A stretch of 64,000 nt of DNA from NCBI RefSeq assembly GCF_009914755.1, contig NC_060928.1. One strand, 5' to 3'. The stretch comes from the human T2T-CHM13v2.0 reference genome, Homo sapiens. A program made the position numbers and the translations under genes. Position 1 is the first letter of the stretch. Each line of letters begins with the position of its first letter. Below, piece after piece: positions 1 through 13,800 of the stretch. Under the pieces are notes generated by a model. The model was not told where the DNA came from and made no database searches. It saw only the letters and a program-made list of their open reading frames with translations.

Positions 1-127
1 TTCGACTTGCCTAAAGAAATTCCTATTGTGGATAGAGCTTTGAGTTGCCTGGACCTATCATAGCTATGTAATAAAATAGAAGTCTTCGTTAACAGATAGG
101 AAGGCCTGATTAGATATCTGAATGATT

Positions 128-452
<325 letters not shown>

Positions 453-939
453 TCATTGAATAAAGTAATCTCTCTGCTAACCAATAGGCACTCAAAAGCA
501 AAACAAAACAAAAATCAGAAATTTCGCTTGCATTTGGAGAACAAAACAGAAAGCCCTGTGATACCCTTCAAAATACAAATGATCTCCTTACTGTTTCCCA
601 GGGGGGACATCTCAGTCTTCCCCCACCCTCTTACTTAAGACACATTTTCCTGCTTCAAGCCTCAAATGGGATGGCTGTGCGTTCCTCGGGGCCACTGGAG
701 CCCACCTCCAGCAGCAAGTCCAAAAAGTGTACCCGTTCTGGAGTGCCCACGCCAGAGTGTGGCCATCCTACCTACTCAGTGCCCCTGCCTCCTCAGCTGA
801 CATTCTGCTGTAAGAGTACTTGTTTTCTAAACAGAAAGGTAAGAATGCTTTATGTGTGGCATTTCATCACCACGACTGTTTACCAAGATCTGACTGAGAT
901 CTGGTGTGGAATGCATCCTAGTCATATAGCCTAAGAGGT

Positions 940-1150
940 AGCACAGAATCAGGCTGTAGCTTCTGGGTGAAAATGTCCTAGCTGGCATCTCAGCTGTCTG
1001 AGACGTTGGGGAATCATTTAACCTTGCTGCACCTCACTCTCCTCATCTGGAGAATAGGGTGATAAGACTACCCCATATTATTGTTGTGGAGGTTGATTTA
1101 ATGTGTGTTATTGCGCAAAGTGTTTATTAAATGATGGCCATTATTATTAC
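940..1150 (+). mobile_element. MIR SINE fragment
   Basis: Degenerate MIR core TCATTTAACCTTGCTGCACCTCACTCTCCTCATCTGGAGAATAGGGTGATAA. Confidence 0.7.
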
Positions 1151-1309
1151 TGTGGTGTAATATAGTCATGTAATCTTACATCCACCATGTGATTTAGAGT
1201 CACTTGAAATTATAAATGCAGCATTAGTGTACAATGTTATGTAACCCTATTAGCTCATGGGGTAAAGAAAGAAATACGTAAGGGACCAGGTAAGAAAACA
1301 AGCAAACCA

Positions 1310-1590
1310 GCCGGCGTGGTGGCTCACGCCTCTAACTCCACCACTTCGCGAGGCCGAAGTGGGTGGATCACGAGGTTAGGAGATAGTGACCATCCTGGCT
1401 AACATGGTGAAACCCCATCTCTACTAAAAAGAAAAAAGAAAAAAAAGAATTAGCCGGGTGTGCCTGTAGTCCCAGCTACTCCAGAGGCTGAGGCAGGAGA
1501 ATCTCTTAACCCGGAAGGCGGAGGTTGCAGTGAGCTGAGATCGCCCCACGACGCTCCAGCCTGGGCAACAAAGCGAGACACCATCAAAAG

Positions 1591-1621
<31 letters not shown>

Positions 1622-1626
1622 AACAG

Positions 1627-1699
<73 letters not shown>

Positions 1700-1748
1700 A
1701 AGAAAGAAAGAAAGAAAGAAAAGAAAGAAAGAAAGAAAGAAAAGAAAG
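1310..1748 (+). mobile_element. AluS (Sc-like) with expanded microsatellite tail
   Basis: Two Alu arms. TSD AACAAGCAAACCAGC at 1297-1311 and 1749-1763. Confidence 0.95.
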
Positions 1749-1750
1749 AA
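1586..1750 (+). repeat. Compound (GA)n/(GAAA)n STR
   Basis: Directly visible purine tract derived from the Alu tail. Confidence 0.97.
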
Positions 1751-2439
1751 CAAGCAAACCAGCACCACATATGACATTTATAATAAAATCAACTCATATT
1801 CTTAAGCATAAGAGAAAGCATATAATGCAAGAGTACTAGAAAAGTACTAGAATAGAATCAAACTCTCATCTTAGAAATGGTATTTTTGGAACATTATTAT
1901 AATCTAATAAGTGGTACCCTAATTGTCCAAAAACAAGTTAGCAGTTAAAATCTTTTGATAGTATTGGGCCTATGGGATTCAAGCATGAGTTAAATTTTGA
2001 CTTGATTTTTCCTCGGGGCAATTTCCAACTCTGAGAGCATGGGATTCATTTATAGGTTTGGATTTAATTTGGACCGTCCACATCATCCTTTTCTTCAAAT
2101 GACCTGAGGGTGCTGAAGTGAGTTCCACTTTCTTTTCCTTCCTCAGTTCCTTCCTCAGTGGTAAATGAGTACCCATCCAGATGCTCCAGCCAAAACTCTT
2201 GATTCTAAGACCTTTCAATTCTACCCTCAGATTACATCCTATATACACCTGCTTTGCTCCACCCTGCTGCCATTTTCCTGGTCCAATCCACCAAAATCTG
2301 CCACCAGAGTCCCCTAAGCAGACATCGTGTTTCCGGTCTTGTCTCTCTCCAATCTACTGGAGCAGCCAAAGGGACAGTCAATGTCCATGTTGTCCCACTG
2401 TTTGAATAACTCCACAGCATGCCCCTGTCTCTCTCTGTG

Positions 2440-2575
2440 CCATGCCAACCAACCCAGCTTGCAACTCTTCAGCCACACTGACCTCCTCTTGTTCCTTCCG
2501 TTTTTCAGCTGCTTTCCAGCCCCAGGACCTCTGCAGGTGTTCTTCTCTTTGCTGAGAATGCCCTTTAATCTACTC
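2440..2575 (+). mobile_element. L2 fragment
   Basis: CAGCCACACTGACCTCCTCTTGTTCC...CCCAGGACCTCTGCAGGTGTTCTTCTCTTTGCTGAGAATGCCCTT resembles the L2 3' region. Confidence 0.6.
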
Positions 2576-2659
2576 TAGACAATGCTTGGTTCTCAGTTAC
2601 ATACTGTGTGCATGTCTGTGTGTGTATGTGCATATTCATTCATGAGAGAGAAGACTGTG

Positions 2660-3135
2660 GTCTGTAAGAAATGGAGAGAACTGCATTACTCAGGGAAAAT
2701 CTGGCTTTGCTCATGAATGGATCCATGGCCTCACATGCAGGTACTAGAGCCTGATTCTCATTTCCTCTGCTCTTGTTGTTCTTTCTGTAGCCACCAGTGC
2801 CAGGCAGTCTTTTTTGTATGGTAAGATGGTTGCTAGTCTTATGTGGTCTCCTCTTAGCAACTCTAGCAAAAGAAGGAGGAGCTTTTCATACTTAGCCACT
2901 CAAGCAGAAGGCCAGAATGACTTCTAATGAGGCCTCATAGCCAGGGCTCCAAGGGCAGAATGTCTTAATCTCTTACTGTGGCTAGGGAGTTGCAAGACTC
3001 GGTTCACCAGCCCAGGGCCATTTGCGGGAGCCATGGGTAGAATCAGCTCCACTTACACCGCTTGGCTGAGAATAGTGGAGAGATGATCGTTACCAGCAGA
3101 GACAAGAGTGGATAGCAGCCAGCCAAACACAATGA
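2660..3135 (-). mobile_element. Old MaLR LTR (MLT1K/J-like)
   Basis: GGCTGAGAATAGTGG...GTTACCAGCAGAGACAAGAGTGGATAGCAGCCAGCCAAACACAA resembles a reversed MLT1K terminus. Highly diverged. Confidence 0.5.
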
Positions 3136-3382
3136 ATAAAATAACACAAGCTTGTTCACTTATACAAAACCAAGTGAACCAGAATGTTCTCACAACTTCC
3201 AGTTATGCTTCGTACTAATGGAAAGGGCCTGCTCTCAGCCAAAAGTAGACAGAGTTGGAATTTGGTCTTTGGCCCTTATCCTGCCTGCTTTGGGGGCCAT
3301 TTGCCATCTTTAAGATCAAGAATATTCCTGCACATATACTATCAGCCACTCTTCCCTTGGAGCAGCCTATGTTTTTGTTCAC

Positions 3383-3893
<511 letters not shown>

Positions 3894-6800
3894 ATCTTTC
3901 TTGCAGTTTATTCTCACATCAAAACTTTTCAAGCCAAATTGCTCTGCCAAATCAATTTATTATAATGAGTGAAAAATGACTTCATTTATTAATACTTTCA
4001 AATTAATTGCTTATATTCTATCAGGAATTTTCAAAGCCTTAAAGGAAAAGAGTGGCAAATGGTGACAATTGGGACATTTTTCCTTGATGCAAAAGTCTAC
4101 TTGGTACCTCTCAAATCATATCAAATATTTTGCTGCATAAAAATTATGTTCCCAAAGTAATCACTGAGCAATTGGCATGTAGGTTTGTAAGGTGCAAACA
4201 CATCTAATAATTTGTTGTCACCTTTGGATAGTAAGCTATTTAGATTTTACAAACTCTTGTTTCTTTAGAGGTAAGTTTTAGCCTCTGTAACCCCAATTTC
4301 TACTTGCCTAAGAGGGAGAGAGCAAGAGAGAGCATGCAGGCTAGAGAAACAATTTAGAGAAATTTGCAAAGTACCTTTTAAGAGATGAATGAGTACAACA
4401 TTAAAGCAAACATGCATAATTTGAAAATAATTTGAGGAATTTGCATTGTTTTGACAAATTGAAATCTGCCCCTCTCCAAGAGGTTCCAGGAGACCAGATG
4501 GTCGTGCAGTGTATTGGAGGGGGTCCAAAGTTGCTTTTGTGTTCATTGATGTAGTGTGCTAAGAAAGGTCTCTGGGGAAAAGTATCCCCAGGTAGTTGAT
4601 TGCTTTGGAGTTCCAGCAGAGAGTAACTGTGTCATATGAGAAAGGAAACAGAAGTTATTGAGAACTAATGCCTTGGATTGGACCGGCTAATTTTATCACT
4701 GGAAATTCAGGAAAATATTTCAAAAAATATCAGAAAGGTATTTCTGAGACAGGGAGAGGAATTGGTAAAGAACTGAAGTAAATTAGCAGCATACAGACCC
4801 AGTCTGACTTCCCTTTGGTGTGTAGAAGATCCTTGAATGTTATCAAGTGCGTATGAAGCTGTGTCAAGGGGTTCAAGGGCTTTGCTTTTTAATTTTAAAG
4901 TGCTGACCCTAATCAGCTGAGCGAGGAAAGGTAGTTGATTGGGATGGAGCCTGACATTGGAAAAGCTTAGCATCTCTTCAAAAAGCATGTGCTATTTAAT
5001 TGGAACATTCACACCCGCTAATAGTAGCTGTTTAAAATGACACATCAACAAAGAGAGCCACTGTTTTGGGGGTTTCCAAAGACGAAAATCACACAAGCAA
5101 CTCGGCAATTTTACCTAATGGGAAGTTACGGTTTTGCTTAGTATGAGGGGAAGGAGTACTCACTCTTCATTCCTGCTTTTTGTGCAAACCTTTGCAAAAG
5201 GAAGACAGGAAAGGAGAAAGGAAGTAAGGGGAAAAAAGGAGTAGGGTAGGGAGTAAGGCAGGGGCCAGGAATGTGGGTGTGAAGGAAGTGCTGAAACAGA
5301 AAAGGGGGTGAGGAGGCCTTTTTTATGAGCTCCCATTTCTCCTAAATTTACACTGTCAATGGTTTTACTCTTACTAGTTTATTTTTCTTTTGACTTCTTT
5401 TTTCCATAAAGTTGGATAGAAATGCTTATTGCTGGAAGGGAAATAAGATGCTTTTTTCATAATAGCCAATGAAGAGGGTTTTTTTCCACATCACTCTGTA
5501 AGCTTTTTAATACAGTTGCTTAATATACTGCCTAGAATATATTGGTTTTTTGCATTTCTCTTTTAGACTTTTTCACTTAGTGTTCTTACCATTAGGAGAA
5601 CAGTTGTCTGACCTTTTTCTAGGAGGTTAATAAAGAATGCACAGCCCCATGAGCCTGATTCAATTTCCTTTATGTGAACACGCTGCATAAGTGACCATTA
5701 TATTTGTCTGCTTCTCCGTGCTTCGTTCCATAGTTCCCAGCCTTTTATATGAATGACCACATATGTTGTGCATTTGGCCACATCAGGTGAGAAAAAGCAA
5801 AATAGATTTTCTTGAGCATTCAATCCAATTTCCACACAATGGGCTCTCTAATGTGGATTTGAAATGTATCTGGTCATATATTATTTAACTGCATTGTATT
5901 TTGTGTTTTAAAAATTTCCACCACATATTCGATTTTAACAAATGTATGAGGAGCTGCAATATTTGAGCTCTATATTTTAGAAATTCCACACTTTCAACAG
6001 ATTCTTCAGACTTCAAAGAATTTAATATTAGTACCATAAAAGGTCTTTTGAAGAATAATACTGGAACATAAGAAAAACGACTGCCTGAGTGTACCCTATC
6101 ATTTAGAAAGTGTTTTATTGCTTTAATTTCCTGTCTTCGTAAAGTAACAAGCAGCACAATAGAAGATATATTGTTACAGAGTTTGCAATTTATTAGAAGG
6201 CTTGAGCAAGTTGAAGACTTTATGTGAAGTGAAAAAGAAAACCTCTATTTCGCTGAAAAATGGAGACGAACCACATCAATGTTGCAGCAGCTTTAAATGG
6301 AGTCCTCTTTTTGACTGATAAGTTGTCTCTACACACCCTGTATGTTTGCATGAAATAAATCTATGGGCACAATCCTCATTTTGGGCTAGCTGTGTGTCAT
6401 TAGGTTCCTAGAAAGCTAATGTTATTTCATTTGTGAGGCGCGTATAAGATGACTGTTGCTATTTGGATTCTATAGCACAAAGGTGCCATTAAAGCAGAAA
6501 TGACCCATAACATACATTTCCATTCATTTATTACATTTTTTGCATGCGTGACTGAATTTTAATCCCGGGTTTTGTCAACCTAGTGCAGTTACATCGAGCT
6601 TTTTAGCATAGTTTCATGTACCTCAGTTCACTGTCTTTTACACAGAGGCGTAAAAGCATTAAAAAGGAAGATATTTATCCCACTGAAGTACAGAGACAAT
6701 TCATTTCTGCACCAAAAATTGTAGAAATGAGTGATGTGACACTATGACTAACCTGTAAAAATAAAGTTGTAAAATTACCTCATAAATAACTTCAGAGAAG

Positions 6801-8610
6801 GGGGAAGCAGGATATTTAACAAGTCTGGGGGGTGGTGTGTGTGTGTCTGTGTGTGGCTTTTCTTTAATAACACGGTAGGTACTCAGATGAGCGGACATCA
6901 AGCAGCCCTCTGGAATGGAAGCTACCTGTTTATCAGGGCAGAACAAGAAGTATAGGAATCACAGGTGCTCCTTAATCCCACCACTGTTCTCCGACCAAAA
7001 GATTGCAAAACATCTGTTCCTAACAGATTGTTTGGTTTTTCTACTAAATAAATCAAAGTGGGAAATATTACCATGTGGAAAGCCACTGGAAAAGACCCAA
7101 AGGTCAACTGACCTCAAGTTTGTTAGTTCCAATGATTTTAGCCAAATTAGTAGGTTTCACAAGTCAGAGAGTTATCTTTATCACTCTTGATTATATTTTG
7201 GATGCATGCTAAGGAACATGTTGTGCCATGTTAATTACCTAAATTCATTGACTGATGGATTTAAATTAGTACACCTAAGCGTCATAGCTGCAGTACTTGT
7301 AGGCGAACGTGGGAGAGCCCAGACGTTTCTGGTTTTCTCCGTTATCTATGTTTATCTTTGGAAGAATAATTATTTCCAAGCTTTATTGCTAACTGAAGCA
7401 CAAAAGATATCCTCTGGGCGTGCCGCAGACAATCCTCAGGCACATTAGAGGAGTCATCTAGAGTTAGTTCAAAGTGAATTACTTTATTTTAATCATGGTG
7501 ACTTTACCGACTGTGTCAATACCCTGTCCCGTCATGTTGTCAGACTTTTATTCCTCCTCTTCTGCGTTTTTTCTTTTTTCCTTTCTCCTCTTTACATGAT
7601 ACCCAGGCCACTTTATTTTAAGGCATATTTTTTAGTCTATTCAAGATTTACGGATAGAATGGCACTTCAAAATGACTCGTCTTGTATTACACGATACGGA
7701 GTCTGGTAACTCTTTTTCCTCCAAATCCTTGGCTAAAATCTGTGGACAATGCTTTATTTTTTTAAACAACCACGTGAGTACTTAATGTGAGGCATTTGAC
7801 AATTATAGAGTTATAATGAGTGCAAACTTTAAAATGCAAATAAAATGCTGCACTCAGGGCTACTAGAGATGAAATATTTACTTCATCCTCACTAATTCAC
7901 AAACAGGAAGCCAGGGTACAGAAGGCACAGAGACATCTGCATCTAATGGTTATTCAGTTCACCAACTAAAAGACACATTTGATCACTTGGAATTCACTTT
8001 AAATTCTGTGTAAAATCACTTTGGAAATCTCTTGGGTAGTGTGGCATTTTGCCATCAGATCCCATACATAATATATCTATTTTTTTCTGACATGATTATT
8101 TTCTCATTTACTTAGTTCTTGTTGCAAAAGTTAATGGTAAGTGTGGCCTTTATGCCTCAGGAAAAATATATTTTTTCTGACACTTCTCAGGGATCTCGTG
8201 TTCCTTTGCTCCGTTCCTGCTGTACAGAGGAGACGTCCGCCCCCAGAGCCCCAGCCTCTCAGTGCCAGTGGCCTCTGTGTCATAGTTTCATTCATCATTT
8301 CAGAGATGAGGGTCCCCTCGCCCAACACACGAAAGCTCTATAATTACTTTCATTTCTTGGTTAGCATAGGTCATGGAACTAGTGTTAATAATCATCTTTC
8401 CCTCTGGACTTCTCTGTATTTATATATCTCTGATCCCATCACCGTTGGGACCATAGAGGTGTATTTTATCTTCATTTCAGTCCTCATGGTATTGTTTCAG
8501 CCCAGGGGGGAAATCAAATGAGGTACAGAACATGGTAAGTTCACACTACTCTGAGGTCATTAACACCTAATTAGAAACAGCTTAGAGATCCAAATGATTC
8601 TTTGGTTAAG

Positions 8611-8611
<1 letters not shown>

Positions 8612-8645
<34 letters not shown>

Positions 8646-8659
8646 AGAGAGAGAGAGAG
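8612..8659. repeat. (TG)n(AG)n microsatellite
   Basis: Directly visible. Confidence 0.97.
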
Positions 8660-9634
8660 CTGACAATATTTAACTTCTTCATTGCCAGTATGGTCTTTAT
8701 CACCAACGGCTGGGGCAATACCTCATTGTGTTTTATCAAACCTTAAGTAGGAGTATTTGTATGTGTGTGTTTTCCTTTTCTTTTTTTCTTTTTATGTGAT
8801 AGGATACGCAGTCTGTTAAACCATTGAATAGCAAGAAGAGAAGACTGTCTAAAGGCTTAACATACTAATTGATTTTTCCTTAACAGAAAGCCATAATATT
8901 ACTTCAGTTGAGGCCTAGACAACCTACAGATAAAGTTTTCTAAATATTATGTGATGAGAAAAACATTACCTATTTAAATAAAAAAGATACAACACTATTT
9001 TCATACCAATTTGAGGGACGTTAAATCCTATGTTGCCAGGATAAGAAAATACTTCCACCTAAAAATATGACAGCCATCTATTTGTAGTACCTTTTTAATA
9101 GGTCTTAAGTTTCTCTACATGGCAACTTTTAAAAGCTTCTAACATTTTATTTGTTCTAAATGTATAGTTACTCTAATGCCTATCATGCCGTTTGGTATGT
9201 TGAAAAACTCTAAGAGAATTCACGCCTTTGTGAATGCTGTTCTACTGAGGACCTTGTTTCCCTAGGACAGGTCTAAGTTCAAAAGACAGAAGTTAGATGT
9301 GGAAAACACTGCTGCCTCTAGTTTAGATGCTACGTACGTGAAGGGGAGACATCTCCTTCTCCTTGTTCCTAGATTTGCAACTCAGTGTTTTAAATATTTG
9401 AGACATGTTTTCTGCCAAAGGATTCCTTCCCCTCGGGAACTAAACCCACACTAGCAAAGCCCAGCTGGTGGGATCAGAGCCCAGGAGCCACCAGCTGCGG
9501 GAATGTAGGGGATGCTGAGGGAAACTTGGCTGTCAGTTCCAGGCCCATCAGTCTCCCCAGACCTTGCTGATTGCCTAAATTCTTCTTTCAGATGTCCTGG
9601 GAGTATGCCTGCCCTCAGCTCTCCTAACGCAGAG

Positions 9635-9830
9635 GCAGTATATCAGCAGAGTTAAGGTCTACTGTGCTGGGAACAGACTATTGGGTGTAAGCCCAGCTAT
9701 GCCGCTGACTTTGTATTATGTCTCTCTGCCTCAGTTTCCTCAAATGCAAAACAGGGAAAATGATAAAAAATAACACGTCCTTCCCCAGGTTGTTATGAGG
9801 GTGAAATAACGTAAAAAGCTTAGAATCATG
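9635..9830 (+). mobile_element. MIR
   Basis: Core CTCTCTGCCTCAGTTTCCTCAAATGCAAAACAGGG...GGTTGTTATGAGGGTGAAAT. Confidence 0.8.
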
Positions 9831-9849
9831 TTGATTTATTCAGATAAAC

Positions 9850-10350
9850 CACTGGTTCCCAAATTGTGATTGGGGGGCCCCTTTCAGGAGGTCCATAAGA
9901 CCAAACCTATTTTCACTTTAACATTAAGATGTGATTTAACTTTTTTACTCTTACTTTCTCATTAGTGGGCTAAGAGTGTGCAAAAGCCACACACGTGACC
10001 TGTGATTTCATAACAAATTGAGTGCAGAAGTAGGTGAGAAAATCCAGCTGTATTCTATTAGGCCAGAAAGGAAGGTCTTTGCAAAAATGTCAAACAAAGC
10101 CACTTTTCTCATTATGATTTTGTTTTGGAAAGCATAGTTATTTTTTACCAAAATATGTTATTTCTGTTAACATACAATGGAGCTATTATTGTTATTTTAA
10201 ATATAAATTCATACATAAATTTTTTTCATTTCTCAATTTAAATTTCTAATATTATAAATATTGATAAATATAACCCACATAGACAAAAGCTCTTTGGTGT
10301 CCTCAAAGATTTTTTTCATGTAAAGAAGTCCAAATATTTAAGAATTACTA
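9850..10350 (+). mobile_element. Charlie1b-like hAT DNA transposon
   Basis: CACTGGTTCCCAAA start, internal ATCCAGCTGTATTCTATTAGGCCAG...TTTGCAAAAATGT, and TAACCCACATAGACAAAAGCTCTTTGG near the end. About 500 bp. Confidence 0.75.
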
Positions 10351-10534
10351 ATATAAGCTATTATGACTATCAGTTTCTCCCACCTGTAAGTTTTGCGTTT
10401 TTCTCCTGCAAACTGCCTGCCTAGTGAAATGTTGTCTTCACATCTCTCCCTTAAAAAAAGATCTGATTTTTTTGTCTGTTTGTTTTTACAGGATTTTGGG
10501 GGACAGTAATTTTTAAATCACCAGACACAACCAA

Positions 10535-10645
10535 CCAAATGTATTTACAATTCTGATTCCTGGGCTCTACCTCCAGAAATCCTGATTCCAAAAGTTTAGA
10601 TGAGACCCAAGAACCTGGATGTTTAAACTCTAAGTGATGCTGAGA
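10535..10645. mobile_element. MER5-like fragment
   Basis: GATTCCTGGGCTCTACCTCCAGAAATCCTGATTC...GTGATGCTGA. Confidence 0.55.
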
Positions 10646-12383
10646 TATTACCATGTATTTTAAAGGCAATCTTGCCCAAGGATCTCCGTATTCATCTCCG
10701 CAGATTTAACACAGTCTCTGCATTCAACTGTTCTTCCTGCTCAATGTGAGCTTACCACATTTCCTCACTGAAGGGTGAGCAGTCTTTGTAGCTGAGAGAT
10801 GTCATCAAAATGCACAATAGATACCTCCCAGACTTCTATGGGCGATTTGCAACTTTGAGGATTGTGAAAACTATCTACCAGCTTTCTAGATGTCTGCATA
10901 GCCCAGTAGGAATTAACTTTGCAGCCATAAGTAGCTCCTTCAGCTGCAAATTTCCTCCAGGCTCATTTAAGCTCTGAGGATGATGGAGGTAAAAGAGAAA
11001 GTATAGGGAGAAGACTGGTTGTGGGGAAGATCCGAGAAAGGCTGAGGATGGACCCAGCTAGCTTGTAGAGTGAATCAGACTCCTGGCCTGAGTTCTCACG
11101 GCATGATTTTTATTTCTCTTTTGGAAATGGAAGGCAGGGGAGAGAGACAGGATGTAGAATCCACAGCTTGCTGCTGAATGTCTAGGTTCCCAGGCTGATC
11201 ACTGTTCATCATTTGTGAACATTTGTATTTACCTTCCTTGAATCACTCCTCTGGGATCAGAGAGGTTCATCTGTAAGCTTTTATTTTCAAGACTTACTAG
11301 GACTGGGTGGGAGAGTCCAAGCCTTCAAAACCATCCTCCAGCTTAATTTTCTAAATAGCAGCTCTCTACTGTATTCTGATTGATTTGTGACTGGTTATGA
11401 AAGATCTACCAGAGAAAGACGCATTAACCCCAGATAAAATTTACAAAAAGAATCCTGACCGCAGCTCAGGATCTTTCAAAAGAAAAATGTCATGAAGTCT
11501 ACTATCACTTAATGAATATCCCACGCCCGTTCAACTACCACCTACCACCCCCTACCTTCACTCACTAAAGTTTTCTCTACATCAATCCTTCAGTTATAAC
11601 CATGTGCCCTTGAATGTATTACCATTTTTATCAAGTATTTTCATAATTCCATTTAGAAGGCAAATGAATTATTTCAGAGGAAAGCAAAAACCAAAATTGA
11701 ATGGGTACATCAAACATCCAATATAGTAACTCCCAGCAGCTCAAAATGCATTATGAGGGCTTTCTACACCAGCCGTGCTCCTACTAATGCTTAGAGATAA
11801 TTTTTCCATGAGTTTAAAATACAGTATTAATTCTGCAAGGTCAGAGGGTACCTCGTGAACAAAATATGTTAGTTGATTGTGTTCGTCGTGATTGTGCCAA
11901 TAAGAAAGACCTCAGAATGTGAAACCTTTGAAAAATTTCCTGTAGGGAAGATATTTTACCATCTATTAGGAGCTAATACTTCTTACTTTGAGAAAGTCAT
12001 TTTATTATCCACATAAAGAAAGAAGTTTACTGTGAGAAAACTGAGACAGAACAATTTTAAGTACTTTTTAATAACCAGTGGTAACTAATAGTCTCATTTC
12101 CTACATTTGTTTTGTGGTTATTAGAGCAGATCTTCTTGATTTTGGTTGAGAGAGAAAGAGAACATGTTTCCCCCCCACACTTTGGCAATTAAATGTAAAT
12201 AACAACACAAATGCAAAATGTCAACAGAGACAATTTGTTTCCAACTTGGTTTAATCCTTTAGGTAATTTTTAGTATGTGATGTTAATTTGTATTAAAATG
12301 AATACATACACAGGCTGAAAAGGGAATCAGTGTATTCCATATGCTAATATTTCTCAAATCTGAGAAGGTGATGGGACCTTCCC

Positions 12384-12431
12384 TGTATTAGTAAAGGTTT
12401 CCAAAAAAAAAAAAAAAAAAGAACCCATAGA

Positions 12432-12475
<44 letters not shown>

Positions 12476-13132
12476 ATGCATATATATCAATAGGATATAT
12501 ATATATATCAATAGGATATATATATACCCCTATATATATAAATAGGGTATACTCATATATATATCCTATCCATATAATGTAATATTATCCATATAATTAA
12601 TATACTATAATATCCATTATCCATATAATATTATAATAATATAATATCCATTATCCATATAATACATGTATATTATATGAGAGGATTTATTGGGGGAATT
12701 GGGTCATACAGTTTTTGAGGCTGAGAAGTTTTACAATAGGCCGTCTGCAAGCTGGAGAACCAGGGCATCCAGTGATGTAACTCAGTCAAAGGCCAAAGGC
12801 CTGAGAACCTGGGGGCTGCTGGTTCCAGTCCTGAAGTCCAGAGGCTGGAGAATCTAGAGTTCTAATGTCCGTGGGCAGGAGAGGATGGGTGTCTCAGCTC
12901 CAGAAATGAGAGAGTAAATTCACTCTGCCTTTTTGTTCTACGTGTGTGCTCAGCTGTTTGCATGGTGCCCACCCACAGAGTTGAAGGCAGATCTTTTACT
13001 CAGTCCACTGATTCAAATACCAATGTCTTTCGGAAACTCCCTCATGGACATACTCGTAAATAATGCTTTCTTTACCGTTTTCTGGGTAGCCCTTATTCCA
13101 GTCAGGTAGACACCTTAAAATTAATGATCACA
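12384..13132 (-). mobile_element. MLT2B-like ERVL solo LTR with internal simple-repeat expansion
   Basis: Ends TGTATTAGT and AAAATTAATGATCACA. Internal GGCCGTCTGCAAGCTGGAGA and GGCCTGAGAACCTGGGGG. Confidence 0.85.
12403..12678. repeat. Poly-A, (CA)n and TA-rich tandem repeats inside the MLT2 LTR
   Basis: A run 12403-12420, CA run about 12434-12473, then repeated ATCAATAGGATATATA and ATATCCATTATCCATATA units. Confidence 0.92.
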
Positions 13133-13309
13133 CCCCCTTATGCAAACTTGGCATGTCTTCAGTGTCTTCTATATTCCCATCATCTTGCTACTGCGGCACC
13201 CACTATCACACACACTAATGCACCAATCTTCACAAAATTATGCATATAAATCTTGTAAAATGATCGAAAGACAGATAATAGATGGTCCAGTGGAATTTAG
13301 ATTTAGAGA

Positions 13310-13800
13310 AATTTATTCATCAAATATTTCATCATATTCAGAAAATATTATTTGTTAAGAATTGTGCTAGGAACTGGGAATTCTGTGGGGAAAAAAATAG
13401 AGGCAGCAGACAGTAACCAATAACCAAAAATGTTTTAATTCAATTTAAACGTTCAGTTTCAGTAGGCGTCATGAAGTAACTATACGGGGTGATGTGATAG
13501 GGAATGATCAAAGGAAGGGAATATTTCTAGATTAGCCCTGCAAAGGTAACAAACATTTTAGCAGAGACTAGACTGTTGAGACTGGGTTGGGGACAGAGCT
13601 GCAGGATGCTTCCCTGCAGTAGGAACAGGAAGCACCAAGGGCCATGGTGGGAAAGTCCGGTGCCTACAGAGCAGACAGAGTGCAAGAGTGGGCAAAGATG
13701 CCAGACAGGGACTTTGTCTACCATGGTGATTAGTTGGAGGTTCTGTTCTATTTACAATGGGAGGCCCTTGGAAGGTGTAAGCTGGGAGTGACATAATCGT
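13310..13800 (-). mobile_element. L2 3' fragment
   Basis: ATTTATTCATCAAATATTT...TGTGCTAGGAACTGGG and a purine-rich body typical of antisense L2. Confidence 0.55.

Noticed and set aside
1424-1777. FLSF-rich and ERKK-rich ORFs
   Set aside because: Translations of the (GAAA)n microsatellite.
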